64,000 nt of DNA from Candidatus Azambacteria bacterium (GCA_016213445.1 JACRAJ010000001.1:206203-270202), one strand, 5' to 3'. Counted from the stretch's first letter, positions 24,111 to 34,726 are shown. Made by a program: numbers and translations. The notes: generated by a model not told the origin, from the sequence alone.

Positions 24111-24116
24111 TAAACT

Positions 24117-26234
24117 ATGGTTGTTAAACAAAATTATCCAATCGAAAAAGTCCGCAATATCGGCATTATCGCTCATATTGACGCCGGAAAAACAACGGTT
24201 TCCGAGCGTGTTTTGTTTTACACCGGAATTTCCCATAAAATCGGCGAGGTTCACGAGGGCGCGGCCGTTATGGACTGGATGGAGCAGGAAAGAGAGCGCG
24301 GCATCACAATTACCGCCGCGGCCACGACCGCTTTCTGGACGCCGACGCGATACGTTGCCGCCGACGCCGGCAAAGAAAACGAACATCGCATCAATATTAT
24401 AGACACCCCCGGGCACATTGATTTTACCGTTGAAGTTCAGCGGTCATTGAGGGTTTTAGACGGCGCGGTGGTGGTTTTCGACGGCGTTGCCGGCGTTGAG
24501 CCGCAATCGGAAACCGTGTGGCGCCAGGCCGACAAATACGGCGTGCCGCGAATTTGTTTTATCAACAAGCTCGACCGAACGGGCGCGTCTTTTGAAAAAA
24601 GTTTGCAGTCGATTCGCGAGCGGCTTACTTTAAACGCCGTTCCGGCGAATTTTCCGATGGGCCTTGAAGACAAATTCGAAGGCGTTGTCGATTTAATTGA
24701 AAACAAGCTTGTTCGTTTTTTTGGCGAACACGGGGAAAAATTGGAATTTTCGGAAATTCCCGAAAATTTAAAACAAGAAGCCGAGAGCGCCCGGAAACAT
24801 TTGATTGAAAAAGTCGTTGAAACCGATGACAAATTGATGGAAAAATATCTTGAAGGCGCGAAAATTTCGAGCGATGAAATCAGGCGGGCGATGAGAAGCG
24901 CGGTGATTGCCAACAAATTGGCGCCGGTTTTTTGCGGCTCGGCTTTGAAAAATAAGGGAGTTCAATTGATGCTTGACGCGGTTGTCGATTATTTGCCAAA
25001 TCCGATTGAATTGCCGCCGACCAAAGGAATCGCTCCGAGAACGGGCGAAGAATTGGAACGCCGGCCGGATGAAAACGAGCCGTTCACCGCTTTGGCTTTT
25101 AAAATCGCCACCGATCCTTATGTCGGTTCGCTTACTTTTTTCCGCGTTTACTCCGGAAAATTATCCAAAGGCTCCTATGTTTTAAATTCAACCAAAGATT
25201 CCAAAGAACGGATCGGCAGAATTTTATTGATGCACGCCAACGAAAGGGAGGAGCTTGATGAAATTAAAGCCGGGGAAATCGGCGCGGCCGTGGGTTTGAA
25301 AAACACCACCACGGGCGACACGCTTTCCGATGAAGAACATCCGATAATTTTGGAGCAGATTGTTTTTCCGGAACCGGTTATTTCCCAAAAAATCGAACCG
25401 AAAACCAAGGCCGACCAGGAAAAAATGGGCATGGCTTTGAAGCGTTTGTCCGATGAAGACCCGACTTTCAGGATTAAAACCGATGCCGACACGGGCGAAA
25501 CCATTATTTCCGGCATGGGCGAACTTCATCTTGAAATCATCGTCGATCGGATGCAAAGGGAATTCAAAGTCGGCGCCAATATTGGCCGGCCGCAGGTGGC
25601 ATATAAAGAAACAATCAAGAAAACCGCCGAAGCCGAAGGAAAATACGTAAGGCAATCCGGCGGCCGCGGCCAATACGGCCATGTTTGGTTGAGAGTCGAA
25701 CCCGGCGAACGCGGTTCCGGCTTTGAATTTATGAATGAAATCAAGGGCGGCATCATTCCGCAGGAATTTATTCCGGCTACTGAAAAGGGCGTTATCGAAG
25801 CGATGGAAAAAGGCGTAAAAGCCGGTTTTCCCGTGGTTGATATGAAAGTGGCTCTTTACGACGGCTCTTTCCATGAAGTCGACTCTTCCGAAGCCGCTTT
25901 CAAAATTGCCGGCTCCATGGCTTTCCAAGAAGCCGCGAGGCGTGCCACCGTGATTTTGCTTGAGCCGATTATGAAAGTCGAGGTGGTTGTGCCCGAGCAG
26001 TTTTTCGGCGATATCACCGGAGATTTGAATTCCAAGCGCGGCAAAATTGAGCAAATGTCCGAACGGGCGATGTTGAAAGTGATTGACGCCAAAGTGCCTC
26101 TTTCGGAAATGTTCGGCTACGCCACGAAATTGCGCTCGATGAGCCAAGGCCGCGCGAGCTATACGATGGAATTCGACCACTACGAAGAAGTGCCGAACAA
26201 CGTCGCGGAAATGATCATCGCCGGAAAAAAATAA
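24117..26234 (+). CDS. fusA: Elongation factor G
   Basis: [27 protein letters not shown], domains II-V; 705 aa. Confidence 0.98.
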   Translation: MVVKQNYPIEKVRNIGIIAHIDAGKTTVSERVLFYTGISHKIGEVHEGAAVMDWMEQERERGITITAAATTAFWTPTRYVAADAGKENEHRINIIDTPGHIDFTVEVQRSLRVLDGAVVVFDGVAGVEPQSETVWRQADKYGVPRICFINKLDRTGASFEKSLQSIRERLTLNAVPANFPMGLEDKFEGVVDLIENKLVRFFGEHGEKLEFSEIPENLKQEAESARKHLIEKVVETDDKLMEKYLEGAKISSDEIRRAMRSAVIANKLAPVFCGSALKNKGVQLMLDAVVDYLPNPIELPPTKGIAPRTGEELERRPDENEPFTALAFKIATDPYVGSLTFFRVYSGKLSKGSYVLNSTKDSKERIGRILLMHANEREELDEIKAGEIGAAVGLKNTTTGDTLSDEEHPIILEQIVFPEPVISQKIEPKTKADQEKMGMALKRLSDEDPTFRIKTDADTGETIISGMGELHLEIIVDRMQREFKVGANIGRPQVAYKETIKKTAEAEGKYVRQSGGRGQYGHVWLRVEPGERGSGFEFMNEIKGGIIPQEFIPATEKGVIEAMEKGVKAGFPVVDMKVALYDGSFHEVDSSEAAFKIAGSMAFQEAARRATVILLEPIMKVEVVVPEQFFGDITGDLNSKRGKIEQMSERAMLKVIDAKVPLSEMFGYATKLRSMSQGRASYTMEFDHYEEVPNNVAEMIIAGKK

Positions 26235-26237
26235 CTT

Positions 26238-26368
26238 TAAAATTTCTAATTATTCTAATTTCTAATTAACCTAATCAAATCTCAAATCCCAATGACTAAA
26301 CCTTAGACATTAAAAATTGGAGCTTGATTAGAAATTAGGTCAATTAGAGCAATTAGGTTAATTTTAAA
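26238..26368. repeat. Family C-like AT-rich periodic imperfect palindrome between fusA and the next ORF
   Basis: Arms built from ..CTAATT / AATTAG.. units (TTAAAATTTCTAATTATTCTAATTTCTAATTAACCTAAT ... ATTAGGTCAATTAGAGCAATTAGGTTAATTTTAA); centre CAAATCCCAATGA resembles 36535-36548. Confidence 0.65.
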
Positions 26369-26370
26369 AT

Positions 26371-26715
26371 ATGTATCAAACGATAAAAAAATTTTTGGCG
26401 GAAGGCGGAAAATGCCTTTTGATTGAAGACGACAAGCCTATCGGGGTTATTTTAACCATGGAAGAATATGAGCTCTTGCAGAGCAAACCCGAAACCAAAA
26501 ATTCCAAACAAGAAAAAAATTTATTTTCCGAAATCGACAATAAATTCGCTGGCGCGGACGCGCCCGCTAAAACCACTCCCGCTCCGGCCGCAAATCCCAT
26601 CGGCGAGATGATGGCAAGGGAAATGGACTATCCCGAAGCTTCGGCCGATCTCTCCGACATCGAATCCGCCGACCTCAATCTCGAAGACCTCGGAATTGAT
26701 GAACGGCTTTATTGA
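26371..26715 (+). CDS. Hypothetical acidic protein inserted between fusA and tuf; N-terminus Phd/YefM-antitoxin-like
   Basis: KCLLIEDDKPIGVILTMEEYELL resembles the Phd/YefM beta-alpha core; the rest is low-complexity and acidic (DLSDIESADLNLEDLGIDERLY); no toxin partner. Confidence 0.5.
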   Translation: MYQTIKKFLAEGGKCLLIEDDKPIGVILTMEEYELLQSKPETKNSKQEKNLFSEIDNKFAGADAPAKTTPAPAANPIGEMMAREMDYPEASADLSDIESADLNLEDLGIDERLY

Positions 26716-26724
26716 TTCGTTTTG

Positions 26725-26753
26725 TTGACAAGGTTGATTTTATTGACTACAAT
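26725..26753 (+). promoter_or_regulatory. Near-consensus sigma70 promoter for tuf
   Basis: TTGACA (26725-26730), 17-nt spacer, TACAAT (26748-26753); ~85-nt AT-rich leader. Confidence 0.7.
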
Positions 26754-26842
26754 GTAAGTTGTGTGTTAAATAAACTAAGGCAAAGCTATTTGTCTCTGGT
26801 TAGAAGTTTCACTAATTAAAAATAATTAATTTTTTTAAAAAT

Positions 26843-28036
26843 ATGGCAGAAAAATTTGAACGAAAAAAGCCTCACGTAAACGTAGGCACCATCGGCCACG
26901 TTGACCACGGAAAGACCACCTTAACGGCGGCTATTACGCATGTCCTTCATATGAAAGGCTTGGCGAAGAAAGAAGAGTCGGTTGACGATATCGACAAGGC
27001 GCCGGAAGAAAAAGCGCGCGGGATTACGATACAGCTGCACCACTCGGAATACGAAACCGACAAGCGCCACTACGCGCACATCGACGCTCCGGGACACGCC
27101 GACTACATTAAAAACATGATCACCGGCGCGGCGCAGATGGACGGCGCGATATTGGTTGTCGCCGCCACCGACGGCCCGATGCCTCAAACTCGCGAACACA
27201 TTCTTTTGGCTCATCAGGTGGGCGTTCCCAAGATTGTCGTTTTTCTTAACAAAGTTGACATGGTTTCCGATCCGGAATTGGTTGATTTAGTTGAGGCCGA
27301 AGTCCGCGAACTTTTGACCAAATATCATTACGATGGTGACGCCACTCCGGTTATTCGCGGTTCGGGCTTGAAAGCCTTGGCAACGAAATCTCCGGATGAT
27401 GAAGCCGCCAAACCGATTTTGGAATTGGTTAAGGCTCTCGATGAATATATTCCCGATCCGGTCCGCGAAACCGACCAGCCGTTTATTATGCCTATCGAAG
27501 ACATTTTCTCGATTGAAGGCCGCGGTACCGTGGTTACCGGCAGAATCGAAAAAGGCGTCGTAAAAATCAACGATGAAGTGGAAGTCGTGGGTTTGAAACC
27601 GACCCAGAAAACCGTCATCACCGGCATTGAAATGTTCAACAAACAGCTCGACGAAGGCCAGGCGGGCGACAACGCGGGCATTCTTTTGCGCGGCCTTAAG
27701 AAAGAAGACGTTGAGCGCGGCCAGGTTTTGGCCAAACCGGGTTCAATTACTCCGCACACCGAATTTGAATCGGAAGTGTATGTTTTAACCAAAGAAGAAG
27801 GCGGCCGCCACACTCCGTTTTTCACCAACTACAAACCGCAATTCTACATCCGAACAACCGACGTTACCGGCGAAGTCGCTTTAGCTCCGGGCGTGGAAAT
27901 GGTTATGCCCGGCGACACTGTGACATTTAACGTTAAGTTAATCGCGCCCGTGGCTCTTACAGAACAGCAAAGATTCGCTATTCGCGAAGGAGGCAGAACC
28001 GTCGGCGCCGGCGTGGTTACCAAGATTACGAAATAA
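26843..28036 (+). CDS. tuf: Elongation factor Tu
   Basis: [25 protein letters not shown]; 397 aa. Confidence 0.98.
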   Translation: MAEKFERKKPHVNVGTIGHVDHGKTTLTAAITHVLHMKGLAKKEESVDDIDKAPEEKARGITIQLHHSEYETDKRHYAHIDAPGHADYIKNMITGAAQMDGAILVVAATDGPMPQTREHILLAHQVGVPKIVVFLNKVDMVSDPELVDLVEAEVRELLTKYHYDGDATPVIRGSGLKALATKSPDDEAAKPILELVKALDEYIPDPVRETDQPFIMPIEDIFSIEGRGTVVTGRIEKGVVKINDEVEVVGLKPTQKTVITGIEMFNKQLDEGQAGDNAGILLRGLKKEDVERGQVLAKPGSITPHTEFESEVYVLTKEEGGRHTPFFTNYKPQFYIRTTDVTGEVALAPGVEMVMPGDTVTFNVKLIAPVALTEQQRFAIREGGRTVGAGVVTKITK

Positions 28037-28073
28037 TGAATCGCCGGCCGTTCTTTAAAACTTATTGACAAAA

Positions 28074-28397
28074 ATGGTTAAAAAAGAAGAAGCAAAACAA
28101 AGAATAAGAATCAGAATCAGGGCTTACGACAATAAGATAGTCGATTCTTCGGCTCGCCAGATCGTGGAGACGGCGCAGAGGCAGGGCGCCGAAATAACGG
28201 GTCCCGTGCCTTTGCCGACCGAAACCAGAAAATATACGGTTAATTCTTCCACTTTTGTCCATAAGAACAGCCGCGACCAGTATGAAATGCGCGTTCACAA
28301 GCGACTCATAGATATCATCAGTCCCACTTCAAAGACTATCGACGCCTTGATGAACCTTAATTTGCCGGCCGGCGTTGATATCGAAATAAAAATGTAG
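28074..28397 (+). CDS. rpsJ: 30S ribosomal protein S10
   Basis: [49 protein letters not shown]; ATG 28074 preferred over the upstream TTG. Confidence 0.95.
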   Translation: MVKKEEAKQRIRIRIRAYDNKIVDSSARQIVETAQRQGAEITGPVPLPTETRKYTVNSSTFVHKNSRDQYEMRVHKRLIDIISPTSKTIDALMNLNLPAGVDIEIKM

Positions 28398-28406
28398 GGC
28401 CTTTTC

Positions 28407-28439
28407 AAAAACTTCGCCCTGTAATCGGGCGAAGTTTTT
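28407..28439 (+). terminator. Strong intrinsic-terminator-like hairpin between rpsJ and rplC
   Basis: 13-bp stem AAAAACTTCGCCC / GGGCGAAGTTTTT, 7-nt loop; the 3' arm ends in TTTTT and is followed by GTTG; a second hairpin TCCTTCG...CGAAGGA follows. Confidence 0.7.
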
Positions 28440-28484
28440 GTTGAATCCCTCCTTCGTTAAAACTTCGAAGGACAAGAAAAAAAT

Positions 28485-29111
28485 ATGTCTAAATTTATAC
28501 TAGGAAAAAAATTAGGAATGAGCCAGGTTTTCAAGGGGGACAATGTCGTTCCGGTAACTTTGATAGAAAGCGGGGCGAATGTTGTCGTTCAAGTGAAAAC
28601 TTCGGAAAAAGACGGCTATAGCGCCGTTCAAATTGGATTTGGCGAAAGAAGGGAAAAGAATATTAAAAAGCCCCAGAGAGGACATTTGGCCAAAATCCCA
28701 AACCAGAATTCCGAAACCAGAAATTTAAGATTTCTAAAAGAATTTCGTATTGATGCTACGGAGCTCAAAACGGGAGACGAAATTAATCCGGAAATTTTTA
28801 ATGTCGGCGATAAAGTTAACGTGATTGCCGTTTCAAAAGGCAAAGGATTTCAGGGCGTTGTGAAGCGGCACGGATTCTCCGGCGGTCCGAAAAGCCACGG
28901 TCAGAAAGACAGGCTTCGCGCGCCGGGTTCCATTGGTTCTTCCTGGCCCCAGCACGTTTTGAAAGGTTTGAAAATGGCCGGCAGAATGGGCGGCGATAAG
29001 GTAACGGTCAAGAATTTGGAGATTGTCGAAATCGACAAAGAAAATAATCTAATGGCGATAAAAGGCGCGATTCCCGGCAGGCGCGGCACGCTTGTGATGA
29101 TAAAAGGCTAA
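28485..29111 (+). CDS. rplC: 50S ribosomal protein L3
   Basis: GKKLGMSQVF, KGKGFQGVVKRHGFSGGPKSHG. Confidence 0.97.
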   Translation: MSKFILGKKLGMSQVFKGDNVVPVTLIESGANVVVQVKTSEKDGYSAVQIGFGERREKNIKKPQRGHLAKIPNQNSETRNLRFLKEFRIDATELKTGDEINPEIFNVGDKVNVIAVSKGKGFQGVVKRHGFSGGPKSHGQKDRLRAPGSIGSSWPQHVLKGLKMAGRMGGDKVTVKNLEIVEIDKENNLMAIKGAIPGRRGTLVMIKG

Positions 29112-29120
29112 AATAAATAA

Positions 29121-29756
29121 ATGTCAACGGTAAAAGTTTACAATCAAGAAGGAAAGGAAGTTTCCGAATTAAAGCTTAATGAAGCCGTTTTCGGCTTGCC
29201 GCTCAATGCCGATTTGGTTCATCAGGTTGTGAGGGTGGCTTTGGCAAACCAAAGGCAGGTATTGGCTTCAACCAAGGGGCGAAGCGAAGTTTCCGGCGGC
29301 GGCCGCAAACCGTGGCGCCAAAAAGGCACCGGCAGAGCCCGCCATGGCTCGATTCGTTCTCCGCTTTGGCGGCACGGCGGCGTTACATTCGGCCCGACCA
29401 GCGAGAAAAATTTCAAATTGAAAATAAATAAAAAAATGGCCAAAAAAGCTTTGCTCGCGGCGCTTTCCGGCAAGGCGAAAGACGGCGAATTGGTGGTTTT
29501 CGACGAATTGAAAATTTCCGTCCCCAAAACCAAGGAAATGGCGAAAATTATGGCTAATTTTCCCCAAATAAAAAACGGACTTTTGGTTTTGTCCGGAAAA
29601 AACGAAGATGTGAAAAAAGCCGGCCGCAATTTGCCTAATTTGAGCGTTATTAATATGGAAAACTTGAATATTTTGGATGTTTTGAGGTATAAATATCTGA
29701 TTTTAACCAAAGAAGGAATTGAGAATTTGAATAAAAAATATGCCGCTATTAAATAA
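29121..29756 (+). CDS. rplD: 50S ribosomal protein L4
   Basis: SGGGRKPWRQKGTGRARHGSIRSPLWRHGGVTFGP. Confidence 0.97.
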   Translation: MSTVKVYNQEGKEVSELKLNEAVFGLPLNADLVHQVVRVALANQRQVLASTKGRSEVSGGGRKPWRQKGTGRARHGSIRSPLWRHGGVTFGPTSEKNFKLKINKKMAKKALLAALSGKAKDGELVVFDELKISVPKTKEMAKIMANFPQIKNGLLVLSGKNEDVKKAGRNLPNLSVINMENLNILDVLRYKYLILTKEGIENLNKKYAAIK

Positions 29757-30153
29757 ATTATTCAAAAAAACCGGCGAGGGAAAAAAGAAAGAAGTGAAAA
29801 AACCGGCGGTAAAAAAAGAGCCGGTAAAGGCGGTTGGGGGAAAAAAACCGGAAACCGAAATTAAAAAAGAAGCTGTTTTAACTTCAAAAGTTTTAGTTTC
29901 TCCCCATATGGCCGAAAAAGCCATGGCGGCTCAACGGCTGAATCAGTATGTTTTCAAAGTCGGCGACAAGGCCAACAAAATTATAGTGGCGAATGAATTG
30001 AAGAAAAATTACAATGTCAAAGTTTTGAAAGTGAATATAATAAATGTTCCGAAAAAAGCCCGGCGGGTTGGCAAGAGCCAGGGATTTAAAGCGGGTTATA
30101 AAAAAGCGATTATAACTTTGGCCGCCGGACAAAGCATAGAGTTTAAACAATAA
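29740..30153 (+). CDS. rplW: 50S ribosomal protein L23 with ~45-aa Lys-rich N-terminal extension
   Basis: Core ...[10 protein letters not shown]...[30 protein letters not shown]...KKAIITL; preceded by [22 protein letters not shown]. Confidence 0.9.
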   Translation: MPLLNKLFKKTGEGKKKEVKKPAVKKEPVKAVGGKKPETEIKKEAVLTSKVLVSPHMAEKAMAAQRLNQYVFKVGDKANKIIVANELKKNYNVKVLKVNIINVPKKARRVGKSQGFKAGYKKAIITLAAGQSIEFKQ

Positions 30154-30160
30154 AATTTTT

Positions 30161-30997
30161 ATGGCAATCAAGATTTACAATTCAACATCTCCCGGAAGGC
30201 GCGAAATGACAGGCGTTGATTTTTCTATGATTACCAAAAGCGAGCCGGAAAAGAGCCTGACGAGCGGAATCAAGAAAACATCCGCCAGAAACAATCGGGG
30301 AAGAATAACAACTCGCCATCAGGGAGGCGGCCACAAAAAACTTTACCGCCTTGTGGATTTTAGGCAAGATAAGTATGATATTCCCGGCCGGATTGCCTCT
30401 ATTGAATATGATCCGAACCGCACGGCGTTTATTGCCCTGGTGGTTTATAAAGACGGCGAAAAAAGGTATATTTTGGCGCCGCGCGACATTAAAGTCGGCG
30501 ACGAAATTATTGTTTCCGAGAACGCGCCGCATAATGTCGGCAACCGCTTGATGCTTAAAAATATTCCGGTCGGAACATTTGTCCATAATGTTGAATTGTT
30601 TCCGGGAAAGGGCGGGCAGTTGGCGAGATCGGCCGGAACTTCGGTTCAGGTGATGGCGCAGGAAGGCGGCTACACCAACATTCTTTTGTCGTCTTCGGAA
30701 GTAAGAAAAGTTTTGGACGCGGGTTATGCCTCAATCGGTTCGCTTTCAAACGCCGAATGGAACGCCGTTAGCTTTGGCAAAGCGGGCCGTTCCCGATGGC
30801 TTGGCATAAGGCCGACGGTTCGAGCTTCGGCTATGAACCCGAGAGACCATAAGTATGGCGGCGGCGAAGGCCGGGCCGTAAGAGGCACGCGCCGGCCGAA
30901 AACCAAATGGGGGCAAATTACCGGCGGCCGCAAAACCAGAAAGAAAAACAAAAGGTCGAATGTCTTTATTGTCAGAAGAAGGAAGAAAAATAAATAA
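30161..30997 (+). CDS. rplB: 50S ribosomal protein L2
   Basis: [34 protein letters not shown]. Confidence 0.98.
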   Translation: MAIKIYNSTSPGRREMTGVDFSMITKSEPEKSLTSGIKKTSARNNRGRITTRHQGGGHKKLYRLVDFRQDKYDIPGRIASIEYDPNRTAFIALVVYKDGEKRYILAPRDIKVGDEIIVSENAPHNVGNRLMLKNIPVGTFVHNVELFPGKGGQLARSAGTSVQVMAQEGGYTNILLSSSEVRKVLDAGYASIGSLSNAEWNAVSFGKAGRSRWLGIRPTVRASAMNPRDHKYGGGEGRAVRGTRRPKTKWGQITGGRKTRKKNKRSNVFIVRRRKKNK

Positions 30998-31003
30998 AGT
31001 AAT

Positions 31004-31321
31004 ATGTCCAGAAGTATTAAAAAAGGCCCTTGGGTGGATCCTAAACTGCTCAAGAAAATAAGCAAATTAAAACCCGGCGACAAGACGGTTGTTAAAACTT
31101 GGTCGCGCGACTGCATGATTTCTCCCGAAATGGTCGGCTTTACTTTTGGCGTTCATAATGGGAGAATTCATATCCCGGTTTTTATTGTCGAGGAAATGGT
31201 AGGCCATCGCCTCGGCGAGTTTTCTTTTACCAGAAAATTCACAAGGCACGGCGGCAAGATGCAGCGCGAGCTCGAACAAAAAGCCGCGGGAGCGGGCCAG
31301 CCGGCGGCGCCCAAAAAATAA
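31004..31321 (+). CDS. rpsS: 30S ribosomal protein S19
   Basis: [17 protein letters not shown]..., [17 protein letters not shown]. Confidence 0.97.
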   Translation: MSRSIKKGPWVDPKLLKKISKLKPGDKTVVKTWSRDCMISPEMVGFTFGVHNGRIHIPVFIVEEMVGHRLGEFSFTRKFTRHGGKMQRELEQKAAGAGQPAAPKK

Positions 31322-31333
31322 AGGCATTCAATT

Positions 31334-31867
31334 ATGCAATACAAATTCCATTTGAATAATTTAAGAATGGCTCCGAGAAAAGTGAGGCGAGTCGCCGCGC
31401 TTATTAAAAAGTTGCCGGTCGAAGAAGCTGAAACGCAATTAAAATTCAGAAATATGAGAGCGGCTTTGCCGATTTTAAAATTATTAAAATCCGGCGCCGC
31501 GTCGGCGAATAATAATTTTAATTTGCCGATCGACAATTTGTACGTTTCCAATATTTTTGTCGACGAAGGCCAAATGCTGAAGCGGTTTATGCCGCGAGCT
31601 TTTGGCAGAGCCGGCGCCATTCATAAAAAAACCAGCCATATAACTTTGGTTTTGGAAGAAAAAATTCCGGGCGTTAAAAAAGCCAAGAAAAAGGTCGTTA
31701 AAGAAATCGGCTCGAAAGCGGCGGGTATGAAAAAAGCGGAATCGGCGGAAGAAAAAAAGCCTTCTTTTGCCAAAACGGAAGGCAGAGAAGCGCCGAAAGA
31801 AATAAAACCGAGAAGAAAATCAGAAGGCGTTGCCAGAAAAATATTCAGGAGAAAAGCGATAGGATAA
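31334..31867 (+). CDS. rplV: 50S ribosomal protein L22 with ~65-aa Lys-rich C-terminal extension
   Basis: LRMAPRKVRRVAALIKK..., FVDEGQMLKRFMPRAFGRAGAIHKKTSHITLVL, then a KKAKKKVVKE... tail. Confidence 0.93.
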   Translation: MQYKFHLNNLRMAPRKVRRVAALIKKLPVEEAETQLKFRNMRAALPILKLLKSGAASANNNFNLPIDNLYVSNIFVDEGQMLKRFMPRAFGRAGAIHKKTSHITLVLEEKIPGVKKAKKKVVKEIGSKAAGMKKAESAEEKKPSFAKTEGREAPKEIKPRRKSEGVARKIFRRKAIG

Positions 31868-31871
31868 AATT

Positions 31872-32555
31872 ATGGGACATAAAATACATCCGACAAATTT
31901 CAGATTGGGCGTGATTGAAAATTGGAAATCCCGCTGGTTAAATAAGAAACTCTTCCGCTATTTTCTGGAAGAGGATCTTAAAATTCGCGAATTTTTGATG
32001 AAGCAATACAATCGAATGGGAATCGGCGAGGTTGAAATAGAACGCTCCGGCGATAATCTTTCGGTTATCATAAACAGCGCCAAGCCCGGTTTGATTATCG
32101 GCCGCGGAGGCTCCGGTTTGGGAGATTTGAAAACCAAATTGGAAAAAATCGTCAAAAAATTGAGAACAAGCGGCGGTTATGGCACCGGCAAATGGGAATT
32201 GAAGCTTATTGTCAATGAAATTAAAAAATCCGAAAGCGAGGCTAAAATTGTTGCCCAAAATATCGCTTCCGACCTGGAAAAAAGAATGCCTTTCAGAAGG
32301 TCGATGAAAAGCGCTTTGGAAAAAATGATGGCGCAAAAAGACGTTTTGGGCGCCAAAATAAATTTGGCGGGCCGGCTTAACGGCAGTGAAATGGCTCGCC
32401 GCGAATGGCTTAGCAAGGGCAAGGTGCCTTTGCAGACGCTTCGCGCCAGCATCGGCTATGCCCAAGAAGAAGCGTTGACGACTTACGGCAAGATCGGAAT
32501 AAAAGTTTGGATTTATAAAGGTGAAGTATTTGAAGATTCAAAAGTAAAATCTTAA
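31872..32555 (+). CDS. rpsC: 30S ribosomal protein S3
   Basis: MGHKIHPTNFRLGV, KH motif GLIIGRGGSG, GRLNGSEMARREW. Confidence 0.97.
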   Translation: MGHKIHPTNFRLGVIENWKSRWLNKKLFRYFLEEDLKIREFLMKQYNRMGIGEVEIERSGDNLSVIINSAKPGLIIGRGGSGLGDLKTKLEKIVKKLRTSGGYGTGKWELKLIVNEIKKSESEAKIVAQNIASDLEKRMPFRRSMKSALEKMMAQKDVLGAKINLAGRLNGSEMARREWLSKGKVPLQTLRASIGYAQEEALTTYGKIGIKVWIYKGEVFEDSKVKS

Positions 32556-32591
32556 ATTTTTATATTTTATTTTTGATTTTTAATTTGTATT

Positions 32592-33002
32592 ATGTTAATT
32601 CCAAAAAAAGTAAAACATAGAAAATGGCACAAAGGCCGGAGGCGGTTTAAGGGGATAGAAACTCGCGGAACGCAGTTGGCTTTTGGCAGTTACGGCCTGA
32701 AATCCCAAGGCCGAGCCTGGATTACCGCAAGGCAGATTGAATCGGCGAGAAGGGCGATGACGCGCTATGTGGCTCGGGGCGGCAAGATTTGGATTAGAAT
32801 TTTTCCCGACAAGCCGATCACTAAAAAAGGCGCCGAAACTCCGATGGGCGGTGGCAAAGGAAGCGTTGACCACTATGTGGCTCCGATAAAACCGGGCCGG
32901 ATTCTTTTTGAGATGGACGGCGTTGCGAAGGATATGGCGGAAGAAGCTATGAAGCGCGCTTCTTATAAATTGCCGATTAAAACGAAATTCATAACCAAAT
33001 AA
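32592..33002 (+). CDS. rplP: 50S ribosomal protein L16
   Basis: [16 protein letters not shown]..., [19 protein letters not shown]. Confidence 0.97.
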   Translation: MLIPKKVKHRKWHKGRRRFKGIETRGTQLAFGSYGLKSQGRAWITARQIESARRAMTRYVARGGKIWIRIFPDKPITKKGAETPMGGGKGSVDHYVAPIKPGRILFEMDGVAKDMAEEAMKRASYKLPIKTKFITK

Positions 33003-33003
33003 T

Positions 33004-33288
33004 ATGGACGCGTCTAAATTAAAAAAATCAAAAATTTTAAAAGGCCTCGTGGTTTCCGATAAGATGGCGAAAACCGTGGTTGTGAGAGTTGATGATTATA
33101 AAAAACATCCTCTTTATAATCGCTATTATCGGACGAGTAAAAAATATAAAGCTCATGACGAGAAGGGGGAATTTCACGTCGGCGACAAGGTTTTTATTAA
33201 AGAAGTCAAACCGATGTCGAAAGACAAACACTTCATGGTAATGTCAAAAATAAAAAATAAAAGCGAAAAGTCGGAAATTAATGATTAA
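33004..33288 (+). CDS. rpsQ: 30S ribosomal protein S17
   Basis: LKGLVVSDKMAKTVVVRVDDYKKHPLYNRYYRTSKKYKAHD; starts 1 nt after the rplP stop (no rpmC in between). Confidence 0.95.
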   Translation: MDASKLKKSKILKGLVVSDKMAKTVVVRVDDYKKHPLYNRYYRTSKKYKAHDEKGEFHVGDKVFIKEVKPMSKDKHFMVMSKIKNKSEKSEIND

Positions 33289-33318
33289 ATTTTTCCGCCA
33301 AAGACGTAAATAATAAAT

Positions 33319-33684
33319 ATGGTACAACCAAGAACAATTTTAAAAGTAGCGGATAACACGGGAGCCAAAACTCTAAGGGTTTTTAAAATTTTGGGCGGCA
33401 CCAGGCGGCGCTATGCCGGATTGGGCGACATTGTGGTTGCTTCAGTCCAAGAAGCCGAACCGAGAAAGGCAGTTAAGAAAAAAGACGTCGTTAAAGCCGT
33501 GATTGTTCGCCAAAAAAAGGCTTTTCGCCGGAAAGACGGCAGTTATATTCGCTTTGATGATAATGCCGCGGTGATTGTCGACGGCCTTGACCCGAAAGGC
33601 AGCCGTATTTTCGGCCCGATTGCCAGAGAGCTTAGAGAGAAAGGATTTACAAAATTAATTTCTTTGGCTCCCGAGGTTTTGTAA
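33319..33684 (+). CDS. rplN: 50S ribosomal protein L14
   Basis: [27 protein letters not shown]. Confidence 0.98.
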   Translation: MVQPRTILKVADNTGAKTLRVFKILGGTRRRYAGLGDIVVASVQEAEPRKAVKKKDVVKAVIVRQKKAFRRKDGSYIRFDDNAAVIVDGLDPKGSRIFGPIARELREKGFTKLISLAPEVL

Positions 33685-33688
33685 ATTT

Positions 33689-33997
33689 ATGAACATCAAA
33701 AAAGGAGACAATGTAATAGTGGCGAGCGGCAAAGATAAAGGCAAGCAAGGCAAGGTTGTTAAAGTTTTAATTGGCGAGAATAAAATTATCGTTGAAAACG
33801 TTAATTTGAAAAAAAAGCATCAGCGCGCCAAAACCGGCGGAAAAAAGGGGGAGAAAATAGAAGTGCCGCGTCCGATTTCCGCGTCGGCCGCGATGATTGT
33901 TTGCAAAAATTGCGGAAAGCCGGCCCGTGTCGGCCGCCGGGTATCGCCGGATGGAAAAAAAATTAGAATTTGCAAAAAATGCGGCGCGGAAGCGTAA
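33689..33997 (+). CDS. rplX: 50S ribosomal protein L24 (C-terminal CxxC...CxxC)
   Basis: KOW motif KKGDNVIVASGKDKGKQGKV; C-terminus CKNCGKPARVGRRVSPDGKKIRICKKCG has four Cys. Confidence 0.95.
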   Translation: MNIKKGDNVIVASGKDKGKQGKVVKVLIGENKIIVENVNLKKKHQRAKTGGKKGEKIEVPRPISASAAMIVCKNCGKPARVGRRVSPDGKKIRICKKCGAEA

Positions 33998-34002
33998 AAT
34001 TT

Positions 34003-34539
34003 ATGACTAAGTTTAAAGATAATTACCAAAAGAAAATAATTCCGGCTTTAAAGAAAGAATTGGGCGTAAAAAGCGTTATGGCTTTGCCGAGGCTGAAAAA
34101 AGTTGTTATTAATATCGGCCTCGGCCGGTCGCTTAAAGATGAGAAATTTTTAGAGGTGGCAACCAAGGACCTTGCTTTAATCGCGGGCCAAAAACTTAAA
34201 ACTACGGCGGCTAAACAATCAATAGCTAATTTCAAAACCAGGCAAGGAATGATTGTCGGCGCCATGGCCACTTTGAGAGGCGAGCGAATGTATGACTTTG
34301 TAAGCCGCTTGATAGACGTCGCGCTTCCCAGAAGCCGCGATTTTCGGGGTCTGAATCCGAAATCGATCGACAAGTCGGGAAACTTGACAATCGGCGTAAA
34401 AGAACATATTGTCTTTCCAGAAATAAAAGGCGAGGAAGTGCGCAATATTTTCGGTTTTGAAATCACTTTCGCAGTTAAAGCCAAAAATAGGGATGAGGCG
34501 ATTGTTTTGTATAAAACTTTAGGATTTCCGATGAAATAA
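34003..34539 (+). CDS. rplE: 50S ribosomal protein L5
   Basis: [35 protein letters not shown]; start moved to ATG 34003, after the rplX stop. Confidence 0.96.
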   Translation: MTKFKDNYQKKIIPALKKELGVKSVMALPRLKKVVINIGLGRSLKDEKFLEVATKDLALIAGQKLKTTAAKQSIANFKTRQGMIVGAMATLRGERMYDFVSRLIDVALPRSRDFRGLNPKSIDKSGNLTIGVKEHIVFPEIKGEEVRNIFGFEITFAVKAKNRDEAIVLYKTLGFPMK

Positions 34540-34540
34540 T

Positions 34541-34726
34541 ATGCCGAAAAAATCGCAAATTGCCAAATCGAAAAAAAAGCCGAAATTCGTTACCCGAGTT
34601 GTGAGACGCTGTTTTAAATGCGGGCGCCGGCACGGATATATAAGAGATTTTGGCCTTTGCCGCATTTGTTTCCGGGAAGCAGCGAGAAAGGGAGAGATTC
34701 CCGGCATAAAAAAATCATCATGGTAG
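34541..34726 (+). CDS. rpsN: 30S ribosomal protein S14, zinc-binding short type
   Basis: 61 aa, CFKCGRRHG...CRICFRE. Confidence 0.96.
   Translation: MPKKSQIAKSKKKPKFVTRVVRRCFKCGRRHGYIRDFGLCRICFREAARKGEIPGIKKSSW

Noticed and set aside
25224-26180. 318-aa ORF antisense to fusA (similar long antisense ORFs lie in nusA 1201-1725, gyrB, tuf and dnaE)
   Set aside because: It is fully contained within a highly conserved gene on the opposite strand. The translation is low-complexity and Phe/Arg/Gly-rich, as expected from the reverse complement of coding sequence.
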